This document shows positions 30,139 to 38,048 of a stretch of DNA of 55,473 nt, in pieces (the stretch's first letter is position 1; each line of letters opens with the position of its first letter). Below the pieces are notes generated by a model. The model ran no database searches. It had not been told where the DNA came from and saw only the letters and a list, made by a program, of their open reading frames with translations. A program made the position numbers and the translations under genes. Source of the DNA: a bacterium (lineage in GTDB: Bacteria; Patescibacteriota; Patescibacteriia; Patescibacteriales; UBA12465); contig JAJZRB010000007.1 in NCBI GenBank assembly GCA_021806615.1, forward strand, positions 1 to 55,473. Direction: 5' to 3'.

Positions 30139-30684
30139 ATGTCACGTTTAGGAAAACTGCCAATTAAATTCAATCCTCCGGTCCAGGTTACTCTGAGCGC
30201 CAAGGAACTAGTTTGCAAAGGTCCGAAAGGAGAACTGCGCTTAGCGCTCAGCCCTCTTGTGGAGATCAAAGTAGAGAACAATGAGATCCAGGTATCGCTC
30301 CGGGACAAATCAGCCAAGAACGCCAGCGCGGTTTGGGGTTTGATGTGGAGCCTGATCCGCAATATGGTGGAAGGAGTGACGAGCGGCTTTATTCGTAAAT
30401 TGGAAATAAACGGCGTCGGATATCGCGCCGCGGTCGCTGGCGATAAATTGAATATGAGCTTGGGCTTTTCTCATCCGATCGTCTTTCCGTTACCTAAAGG
30501 CGTCTCGGCCAGCGTGGCCGCTAATGTCATCAGTCTAGAGAGTGCCGACAAAGCTCTTTTGGGGGAAACGGCCGCCCAGATACGAAAATTGCGCAAGCCG
30601 GAGCCTTATAAAGGAAAAGGCGTCAAATATGCCGAAGAAGTTATCAGGCGGAAAGCGGGTAAAGCGGCCGCCAAGAGCAAATAA
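30139..30684 (+). CDS. rplF: 50S protein L6
   Basis: MSRLGKLP, GVGYRA, PEPYKGKG. Confidence 0.97.
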   Translation: MSRLGKLPIKFNPPVQVTLSAKELVCKGPKGELRLALSPLVEIKVENNEIQVSLRDKSAKNASAVWGLMWSLIRNMVEGVTSGFIRKLEINGVGYRAAVAGDKLNMSLGFSHPIVFPLPKGVSASVAANVISLESADKALLGETAAQIRKLRKPEPYKGKGVKYAEEVIRRKAGKAAAKSK

Positions 30685-30711
30685 TTCTTGACTTACAAGT
30701 ATTTAAATAAT

Positions 30712-31062
30712 ATGGATAAAATAAAAGCAAAAAATCTAAGACAGGGGCGCCGCCATGCCCGCGTGCGCGCTAAAGTCTCCGGACAGGCAGAACGTCCCCG
30801 TCTCAGCGTTTTCCGTTCTAATAGAGGTATGTTCTTACAGCTGATCGATGATGTAAGCGGCCAGACTTTGGCCAGCGCCAGCTTGAAGGAGATTAAGGCG
30901 GCGAATAAGACGGAATCTGGAAAAGAATTAGGAAAACTCATTGCCCAGAAAGCCAAAGCGAAAAAGATAAGCCAAGCTGTTTTTGACCGCGGTTTTTATA
31001 AATATCACGGTCGCGTAAAAGCGGCCGCTGAAGGAGCCCGCGAAGGCGGTCTGAAATTTTAA
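30712..31062 (+). CDS. rplR: 50S protein L18
   Basis: [22 protein letters not shown]. Confidence 0.96.
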   Translation: MDKIKAKNLRQGRRHARVRAKVSGQAERPRLSVFRSNRGMFLQLIDDVSGQTLASASLKEIKAANKTESGKELGKLIAQKAKAKKISQAVFDRGFYKYHGRVKAAAEGAREGGLKF

Positions 31063-31092
31063 ATTAATTTTTTTGGCATTAGCAATTATTAT

Positions 31093-31773
31093 ATGGAAGA
31101 CAAAAAATTAACCAACGAAGATAAACCGAAAGAAACTGCGACTGGAGCCGGCGAGACGGTAGCCCGCGATGTTTACGGCAATCAGGCCGGTAAGCGAGGC
31201 GGAGCGCGCGATGGCGGCCGAGGCCGCAAAGGTTTCAGCCGCGATAATCGTCCGAAGGATGAAATGGAGCAGCGTATTTTGGAGGTCGCCAGGGTTACCC
31301 GTGTCATGGCCGGCGGCAAAAGGATGAATTTTCGCGCTTGCGTGGTTATCGGAGATAAGAAGGGAAATGTCGGCGTCGGCCTGGGCAAGGGTGCGGACGT
31401 GACGATGGCTGTCAATAAGGCGGTTAATCGTGCCAAAAAAGCCATGATCAACGTGCCGATGGTCAAAGAAACTATCCCGCACGCCGTTACCCATAAAATG
31501 GGCGCGGCGCGGATCATCTTAAAACCGGCTAAGCAAGGACGCGGCGTCATCGCTGGCGGCGTGACCAGGGCTATTCTGGAAATGGCCGGTGTCAAGAATG
31601 TGACCAGCAAGACTTTGGGTTCCAAGAATAAGATAAATAATGCCCGCTGTACCATAGAAGCCTTAGATAGCCTGCATCGGAATGAGAATTCGGAGCTTCC
31701 CCAGGCGGCTAAGGGTAAGAAAGCGGAAACTAAATCCGAGCCTAAAGCGGAAACGACCGAAGGCAAAAAATAA
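31093..31773 (+). CDS. rpsE: 30S protein S5 with N- and C-terminal extensions
   Basis: RVTRVMAGGKR, GVIAGG, KTLGS. Confidence 0.96.
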   Translation: MEDKKLTNEDKPKETATGAGETVARDVYGNQAGKRGGARDGGRGRKGFSRDNRPKDEMEQRILEVARVTRVMAGGKRMNFRACVVIGDKKGNVGVGLGKGADVTMAVNKAVNRAKKAMINVPMVKETIPHAVTHKMGAARIILKPAKQGRGVIAGGVTRAILEMAGVKNVTSKTLGSKNKINNARCTIEALDSLHRNENSELPQAAKGKKAETKSEPKAETTEGKK

Positions 31774-31795
31774 ATAATAAGGAAAAATCAATCAT

Positions 31796-32209
31796 ATGCT
31801 ATCACTTCATACCATAGCTTCGGCTAAAGGCCGGGCCAAGAAGAATAAACGAGTTGGTCGCGGCAATGCCTCCGGACACGGTACTTATAGCACGCGCGGC
31901 TTGAAAGGACAGAAATCACGTTCGGGCGTTTCCGGCTTGAAGCGTTTAGGCTTGAAGAAACAGCTGCTGCAGATCCCGAAAGCGCGCGGTTTTAAATCGC
32001 TCAAGCCGAAAAACCAGGTCGTGAGTGTCAAAGCGCTAAATAATAATTTCCAAGATAATGATATCGTGAATCCGGCCTCTTTGATGGCTAAGAAGCTGAT
32101 CGCCTCCCTGTCTCAGCCCGTAAAGATCTTAGGTAAGGAAAAATTGACGGTCAAGGTAAAATTTGAGAATATTAAGATGAGCGCCGGCGTGGAGAAACAG
32201 TTAAATTAA
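31796..32209 (+). CDS. rplO: 50S protein L15 (short)
   Basis: RVGRGNASGHG...GQKSRSG, VKILG. Confidence 0.93.
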   Translation: MLSLHTIASAKGRAKKNKRVGRGNASGHGTYSTRGLKGQKSRSGVSGLKRLGLKKQLLQIPKARGFKSLKPKNQVVSVKALNNNFQDNDIVNPASLMAKKLIASLSQPVKILGKEKLTVKVKFENIKMSAGVEKQLN

Positions 32210-32213
32210 TTTT

Positions 32214-33485
32214 ATGCTGGATAAATTAGAACAAATTTGGAAGGCTAAAGATTTACGGAACAATATCCTATTCGTCCTGGCGATGCTGGTTATTTTCCGT
32301 TTAGTCGCTCACATTCCGGTGCCGGGAGTGAATACCGTCGCTTTAAAGAATTTATTCGCTTCTAACCAGATCCTCGGCCTTTTGAATCTCTTCTCAGGCG
32401 GCGGCATGCAGAATTTTTCTTTAGTCATGATGGGCGTCGCCCCTTACATCACTTCCTCTATTATTTTCCAGCTTTTAGGCATGATTGTCCCGAGCATCGA
32501 AGAGATGCAGAAAGAAGAATCCGGACGTCAGAAAATAAATATGTGGACTCGCTGGCTGACCGTGCCTTTGGCCGCTTTTCAGGCTTATGGCATGATTACT
32601 CTCTTGCGCCGCGGTTCCGCCGGCATCTTAGGCGATATTACGCCCTTTAATTTTTTTGTCATGATCGTGACGATTACGGCCGGCTCTATTTTCTTGATGT
32701 GGATAGGCGAGCTTATCACTGAAAAGAATGTCGGCAATGGCATCTCTCTCCTCATCTTCGCCGGTATCGTCGCCGTCCTGCCTACGGCTATACAGCGTAT
32801 TTTCATTACTTTTGATCAGACCCAGCTGTTCATGCTGATCGGCTTTGTCGTCATCGGTCTCATTACGGTCGTCGGCGTCGTCATCATCAACGAGGGGCAG
32901 CGCAATATCCCGGTGCAATATGCCCGGCAAGTCCGCGGGAACCGCACTTTCGGCGGGACCAGCACCCACTTGCCCCTGAGAGTCAATATGGCGGGAGTCA
33001 TTCCTATTATTTTCGCTATTTCTGTCGTCTTATTCCCGTCAATGATCGCCCAGTTCTTGATCCACGCTAAAACGGCCTGGGTGGCGCAGGCGGCGCAAGA
33101 GACGATCAACCTCTTTAATGACCAGCTGTTTTACGGCATAGTCTACTTTATCCTAGTGTTCGCTTTCACTTATTTTTATACCGAAGTTATTTTCCATCCG
33201 GCGCAGGTCGCGGAGAATCTGCAGAAGCAAGGCGGCTTTATCCCCGGCATCCGGCCGGGCAAGAATACGAGCGACTATCTGTCGGCCACGACCCATAAGA
33301 TCATCCTGGTCGGCGCTTTATTCTTAGGCTTGATCGCTGTTTTGCCTTTGGTTATGCGCTACTTTACCGGCATCCAATCTTTATCGGTTGGCGGAACGAG
33401 CCTCCTCATCGTCGTTTCTGTCGTTATTGAAACGGTGAAGCAGATAGAATCCCAGCTTACCATGCGCGAATACGACGGGCTTTAA
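32214..33485 (+). CDS. secY: Preprotein translocase SecY
   Basis: PYITSSII, GNGISLLIF, FIPGIRPG, GGTSLLIVV. Confidence 0.97.
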   Translation: MLDKLEQIWKAKDLRNNILFVLAMLVIFRLVAHIPVPGVNTVALKNLFASNQILGLLNLFSGGGMQNFSLVMMGVAPYITSSIIFQLLGMIVPSIEEMQKEESGRQKINMWTRWLTVPLAAFQAYGMITLLRRGSAGILGDITPFNFFVMIVTITAGSIFLMWIGELITEKNVGNGISLLIFAGIVAVLPTAIQRIFITFDQTQLFMLIGFVVIGLITVVGVVIINEGQRNIPVQYARQVRGNRTFGGTSTHLPLRVNMAGVIPIIFAISVVLFPSMIAQFLIHAKTAWVAQAAQETINLFNDQLFYGIVYFILVFAFTYFYTEVIFHPAQVAENLQKQGGFIPGIRPGKNTSDYLSATTHKIILVGALFLGLIAVLPLVMRYFTGIQSLSVGGTSLLIVVSVVIETVKQIESQLTMREYDGL

Positions 33486-33509
33486 TCAATCATTTCCAGA
33501 TAAAATTAC

Positions 33510-33537
33510 GAGGCCGGTTTTAAAACCGGCCTTTTTT
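33510..33537 (+). terminator. Terminator after secY
   Basis: AGGCCGGTTT-ta-AAACCGGCCT followed by T-run. Confidence 0.8.
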
Positions 33538-33588
33538 GTGGTATAATGTAAGAAAGAATCAAAAATATTATTTTTTATCCCTAAATAT

Positions 33589-33891
33589 ATGGATTTAAAA
33601 GACGTGACCAAGAATATGACTAGCCAGGATAATTATCGCTTGAGCCAGCGGATGGAAGAGATGATGCGGACTAACCCCGGCTATAAGAATTTAAGCGAGT
33701 CTAACCGGGAACTTATCTTTAAGATAATCAAGAAATATCAGGAAAAGATCCGCCACGGCCTGAAACCGTCCTATTCTACCATCAAAGAGGATAAATATCA
33801 TTTATATCAAAACCGCTTCCAGCTCGGCTTGTCTCCGACCGACTTAGAGCAGATTAATGGCTTATTAGACAGTTTTAAAGATTATTCATAA
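33589..33891 (+). CDS. Hypothetical protein
   Basis: 100-aa ORF downstream of TG-G-TATAAT (33539-33547). Confidence 0.7.
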   Translation: MDLKDVTKNMTSQDNYRLSQRMEEMMRTNPGYKNLSESNRELIFKIIKKYQEKIRHGLKPSYSTIKEDKYHLYQNRFQLGLSPTDLEQINGLLDSFKDYS

Positions 33892-33899
33892 AATTATAT

Positions 33900-34523
33900 A
33901 TGGGTTTAAATATCTTGCCGAAAGCGGGTATTGGCTTCAAAGCTAAATCCGGTATCGGGAATTTCAAGACTAAATTGGATAAGCTGACCCGCTATCAAGG
34001 CGGCGAATTCGGCATGCTGCGCAATAATCGGCAGGCGATAGACGCGGCAATAGCTAAACGGGCGGAAACTATCAGGATAAAAGGAGGCCTAGATCGGATG
34101 CAGCGTAAGAGCGCTCTTCTGGAAATAATGAAGAATGATAAGAGTTTGACTAAGGCCGATAAGTATAAGGTCAAAGAATTATTGCAGTATTATTCTCGGG
34201 ATAAGAAAGCGCCGGCTCCGGCCAAAAAACCGGTCATAGATATTGAACGCGATGAGGCGGAAATAATGCCTAATCGTCCAGATTTTTCTCATGAAAGTAA
34301 TCCGAATTTCTTCCGGGAGCAGAACCCCTTGCGCCGCGGCGAAGCCGTCAGAGATTCCCTTAACTATCAGCATATGTCCAGATTAGGCCCGGGAGAAACG
34401 GCTAGTAAATTGCAGAAAGCGAGCTTCGCTAAATTGCAGAAGAGCTCTAATAATCTCGGACGGCCAGCCGGTTTAAGGCCGCCGGGCGCGAGCGGATCGG
34501 ATCTGTTCAGATCCCTTAAATAA
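33900..34523 (+). CDS. Hypothetical basic protein
   Basis: 207-aa K/R-rich ORF with tight operonic spacing. Confidence 0.7.
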   Translation: MGLNILPKAGIGFKAKSGIGNFKTKLDKLTRYQGGEFGMLRNNRQAIDAAIAKRAETIRIKGGLDRMQRKSALLEIMKNDKSLTKADKYKVKELLQYYSRDKKAPAPAKKPVIDIERDEAEIMPNRPDFSHESNPNFFREQNPLRRGEAVRDSLNYQHMSRLGPGETASKLQKASFAKLQKSSNNLGRPAGLRPPGASGSDLFRSLK

Positions 34524-34541
34524 TCCCATTTATATATCCCT

Positions 34542-35465
34542 ATGTTTTGGAACCTATTAGTCGTCATTTTGGGGCTTTCTCTCTTTGAGATAATAAGCAG
34601 CGTAGATAATGCGGTCGTCAACGCCCATGTCCTGAAGACTTTACCGGAAAAATACCGGAAGATTTTTTTATTTTGGGGCCTGTTATTCGCGGTTTTCGTC
34701 GTCCGCGGCGCTTTGCCGTTCTTAATCGTCTGGATAGCTAATCCGGATTTATCCGTCATCCAGGTCATTACCTCTACTTTTTCCGGCAGTCCGGAAATCA
34801 CCAAATATATCGAGCAGTCCAAGCCGCTTTTATTATTAGGCGGCGGCATTTATCTATTTTTCGTATTCTTGTCCTGGCTGTTCTTAGAAGAGAAGAAATA
34901 TGCTTTCTTGGTGGAAGGATTCATCCACCGCCAAGGCGTCTGGTTCTATGCTATCGCTTCGCTTCTGACGACGGTTATCGTTTATTTTTCTCTGGCGCGT
35001 AATCCGATCTTGGCTCTCGCGGCGACGATCGGCGTCTCCGCTTTCTTTATTACCGATGGCTTCAAGAAGAATTCAGAAGAAAAAGAAAAACAGCTTTTAA
35101 GCTCTAATATGAGCGCTTGGAGCAAGATCCTGTATCTGGAAATCCTGGACGCCTCCTTTTCCATAGATGGCGTCATCGGCGCTTTCGCCTTCACTATCAG
35201 CGTTCCGCTTATTATCCTCGGTAACGGTTTGGGCGCTTTCGTCGTCAGAGAGCTGACCATCAGGGGGATCGATTTGATAAGCCGTTTCGCTTATTTGAAG
35301 AATGGGGCCATGTATGCTATCGGTTTTCTCGGATTCTTGATGATTTTAGAAAGCTTCGGCCAAGAATTTCCGTTTTGGCTGGCGCCGCTTAATACCTTCC
35401 TGCTCCTCGGCATCTTTTTATTCTTATCGTTCAAAGAATCTCGGGAACTTAAAGCTTCGGCTTGA
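34542..35465 (+). CDS. DUF475 / TerC-like membrane protein
   Basis: EIISSVDNAVVNA and YLEILDASFSIDGVIGAFA repeats; multiple TM. Confidence 0.85.
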   Translation: MFWNLLVVILGLSLFEIISSVDNAVVNAHVLKTLPEKYRKIFLFWGLLFAVFVVRGALPFLIVWIANPDLSVIQVITSTFSGSPEITKYIEQSKPLLLLGGGIYLFFVFLSWLFLEEKKYAFLVEGFIHRQGVWFYAIASLLTTVIVYFSLARNPILALAATIGVSAFFITDGFKKNSEEKEKQLLSSNMSAWSKILYLEILDASFSIDGVIGAFAFTISVPLIILGNGLGAFVVRELTIRGIDLISRFAYLKNGAMYAIGFLGFLMILESFGQEFPFWLAPLNTFLLLGIFLFLSFKESRELKASA

Positions 35466-35470
35466 ATATT

Positions 35471-36301
35471 ATGGTGTATTTAAAGACAGCGGAAGAAATC
35501 AGGGTGATCAGGGAGGGCGGCCGGCGTCTGGCCGCTATTTTAGCGCGTCTTTTAAGAGAGGTCAAACCCGGAGTCAGTACGGCTTATCTGGAGGATTTAG
35601 CTAACGATCTGATCAAGGAAGCCGGCGGATATTCCGCTTTCAAGGATTATCCGATGGGCGGCGATATTTTTTTCCCGTCTACTCTCTGCGTATCCATTAA
35701 CGATGAAGTGGTGCATGGCGCGGCTCTTCCGCCACGCCTGATAGCCGAAGGAGATATCGTTGATTTAGACATCGGTATGGAGTGGCCGGTCAGGCCGGAA
35801 TGGCGCGCTAAATTCGCTGCGCCTATCAATCCTTTTTCTAAACGTGGCGGGTTTTTTACCGATATGTGCGCGACTGTCGGCGCGGGAAAAATCAGCGCGG
35901 AGGCCAGGAAATTATTGCAGGTCACGCGCGAATGCCTTGATTTAGGCATAAAAGCGGCCCGCCCCGGAGCGACGCTGAACGATATCGCCCGGGCGATAGA
36001 GGGCCATGCCCAGAAGAACCATTATGGAGTCGTGCGCGATCTGGTCGGCCATGGGGTCGGTTATTATGCCCATGAAAAGCCTGATGTTTTTAATTTTACT
36101 ATTTCTGACAAATCGCCGGAAAATATAGTCTTGCGTCCCGGTATGGTCCTGGCTATCGAGCCGATGATAAATATCGGCGATTGGCGGGTAGATGTGGCCG
36201 ACAATGATTTTACTATTTTGACGGCCGACGGCAGCCTGAGCGCCCATTTTGAACATACGGTCGTGATTACTGAGCGCGGCAGTGAGATCTTAACTATATA
36301 A
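35471..36301 (+). CDS. map: Methionine aminopeptidase type I
   Basis: SINDEVVHG, DLDIG, GHGVG..AHE, AIEPM, SAHFEHT. Confidence 0.95.
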   Translation: MVYLKTAEEIRVIREGGRRLAAILARLLREVKPGVSTAYLEDLANDLIKEAGGYSAFKDYPMGGDIFFPSTLCVSINDEVVHGAALPPRLIAEGDIVDLDIGMEWPVRPEWRAKFAAPINPFSKRGGFFTDMCATVGAGKISAEARKLLQVTRECLDLGIKAARPGATLNDIARAIEGHAQKNHYGVVRDLVGHGVGYYAHEKPDVFNFTISDKSPENIVLRPGMVLAIEPMINIGDWRVDVADNDFTILTADGSLSAHFEHTVVITERGSEILTI

Positions 36302-36690
36302 TGATTATGGGCAATGTAAAAAAATATTTAGGAATCGATTGGGGCGAAAAACGCATCGGCCTGGCTACTGCTGACAGCGAAGTCGGCTTAGCCCTGCCTT
36401 TAGCGACAGTCGCCAGCCTGGCGGAGGTCCTGACGGCTATTAACGCTGAAGAAGCGGACATAGTGGTCTTAGGATCACCGCGTAAGATGAACGGGGAAGA
36501 GGCTGATAATCCGCTCTGGCTCAGTTTTTTAGAACAGCTTCGGCGCCATAGCAATCGCCCGGTCGTCCTCATTGACGAACGCCTGACTAGCCAGGCGGCC
36601 GATTCCTTGGAAGGCAGCGCGGCTGAAAAAGCCCAGCGCGACGAAATAGCGGCGACGCTTATTCTCCAGGATTATCTTGATCGTAACTGA
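36301..36690 (+). CDS. ruvX: YqgF/RuvX nuclease
   Basis: LGIDWGEKRIGLA, DERLTS, AATLILQDYL. Confidence 0.92.
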   Translation: MIMGNVKKYLGIDWGEKRIGLATADSEVGLALPLATVASLAEVLTAINAEEADIVVLGSPRKMNGEEADNPLWLSFLEQLRRHSNRPVVLIDERLTSQAADSLEGSAAEKAQRDEIAATLILQDYLDRN

Positions 36691-36691
36691 T

Positions 36692-37435
36692 ATGGACGGA
36701 AGCAAAAATACCACCGCCCTGATCCTGAAACGCGAGCCATACCGCGAAGATGACTCTTTGGTTACGGTCTATACCCTTGATTTCGGCAAATTGAGCTTGA
36801 TCGCTCGCGGAACGCGTAAATTGCGCTCTAAGCTCGCCGGTCATCTTGAGCCTTTAACGCTGTCGGAGATCATGATTATCAGCGGTAAAGGACTTGACTA
36901 TATTGGAAGCGCTCTCGGCCGAGAAGTTTATCAGCCGATCCGCCAAGATTTGAATAAGCTTCATTATGCCGGACGGGCAATAAGTATTTTCAGCCGTCTG
37001 GTAAAAGATAGCGAACCAGACCGGCGCTTATTTTTTTTAATTGTCGATTGGCTGGCGGCTTTGAACAGCTTTGAAGATTTAAGCTCGGAGTCCGGCGATC
37101 TGCTGTTGGCTTTTTTTGCTCTGCGGCTTTTAGGCGAACTAGGCTATAAGCCGGAAATGTATAAATGCCTTGATTGTGGAAAATCAGTCAAGCCGGGCCG
37201 TAATTATTTCAACTTGTTAAATGGCGGTGTCGTTTGCGAGGCTTGTTTTCTAAAGGAAAGCGGTCGGATCGGATTTCAGGTTACTAATATTTTGACAATT
37301 TCTGATAATTGTGTTAAGATTGTTAGATTTATCTTAGAAAATGAGGAGGGCCGGATCTTGAGAATGAAAATAGATAAGAAATACTTAAAAGAATTATCAT
37401 TTTTAGTGGAGAGTTTGCTTAATTTTTATTTTTAG
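36692..37435 (+). CDS. recO: DNA repair protein RecO
   Basis: PYREDD, GKLSLIARG, CLDC...CEAC Zn finger. Confidence 0.92.
   Translation: MDGSKNTTALILKREPYREDDSLVTVYTLDFGKLSLIARGTRKLRSKLAGHLEPLTLSEIMIISGKGLDYIGSALGREVYQPIRQDLNKLHYAGRAISIFSRLVKDSEPDRRLFFLIVDWLAALNSFEDLSSESGDLLLAFFALRLLGELGYKPEMYKCLDCGKSVKPGRNYFNLLNGGVVCEACFLKESGRIGFQVTNILTISDNCVKIVRFILENEEGRILRMKIDKKYLKELSFLVESLLNFYF
37292..37320 (+). promoter_or_regulatory. Promoter inside recO 3' end
   Basis: TTGACA(37292)-17 bp-TAAGAT(37315) with TG extension. Confidence 0.55.
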
Positions 37436-37517
37436 TTATCAGCTTGATGTGTTATGATATATAAAGCATAATTAAATAAGGCCGCGCTCCTCAGGCGCCG
37501 GCCTTAGCATTACTCAT

Positions 37518-37823
37518 ATGACTAATAATTTTTCCCCGGCTTTAGAGCAATTCGTCAATCGTTTGCTCGCTGAAAAAAAATTATCTGATTTAGAGCCAGG
37601 CGTCCGCGATCAGGCCAAGGCCGATTTATTAGAGAAGGCGGAAGAGCGCGTTAAGGCCGCTATTTTCGCCAATATGCCAGCCGATAAATTAGCGGAATTT
37701 ACTGGGTTGATGGACAGCGGTGATGAAGCTAAATTACAAACCTTTATCCAAGAGGCTATTCCCAACTTGGAGCAGATCATCGCTCAGAGCTTGCTGGATT
37801 TTCGCGATACCTATCTCGGCTGA
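37518..37823 (+). CDS. Small helical acidic protein (DUF5663-like)
   Basis: 101-aa helical ORF; LQTFIQEAIPNLEQII resembles DUF5663 proteins as recalled, not searched. Confidence 0.65.
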   Translation: MTNNFSPALEQFVNRLLAEKKLSDLEPGVRDQAKADLLEKAEERVKAAIFANMPADKLAEFTGLMDSGDEAKLQTFIQEAIPNLEQIIAQSLLDFRDTYLG

Positions 37824-37829
37824 ACGGCT

Positions 37830-38009
37830 ATGTCATTATCCAACCAGGCCAAAATAAATCGTATCAACGACATTTATCAAGAATTTTTGCATAAAGTCAG
37901 AGAGATTGAAAGCGCGCGCGATCGCAAGATAGCCGCCCTCTTAGCCAGCGATGACGAGGCAAAGATCGCACGGATAAGGCAAGATTTAAAATCAAGATTT
38001 AAAGGATAA
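37830..38009 (+). CDS. 59-aa coiled-coil protein (not in ORF track)
   Basis: MSLSNQAKINRINDIYQEFLHKVREIESARDRKIAALLASDDEAKIARIRQDLKSRFKG*, 6 nt after upstream stop. Confidence 0.7.
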   Translation: MSLSNQAKINRINDIYQEFLHKVREIESARDRKIAALLASDDEAKIARIRQDLKSRFKG

Positions 38010-38048
38010 TCCGGTCTTCAGCACGGCCGGATTTTATATTTTAACTAT

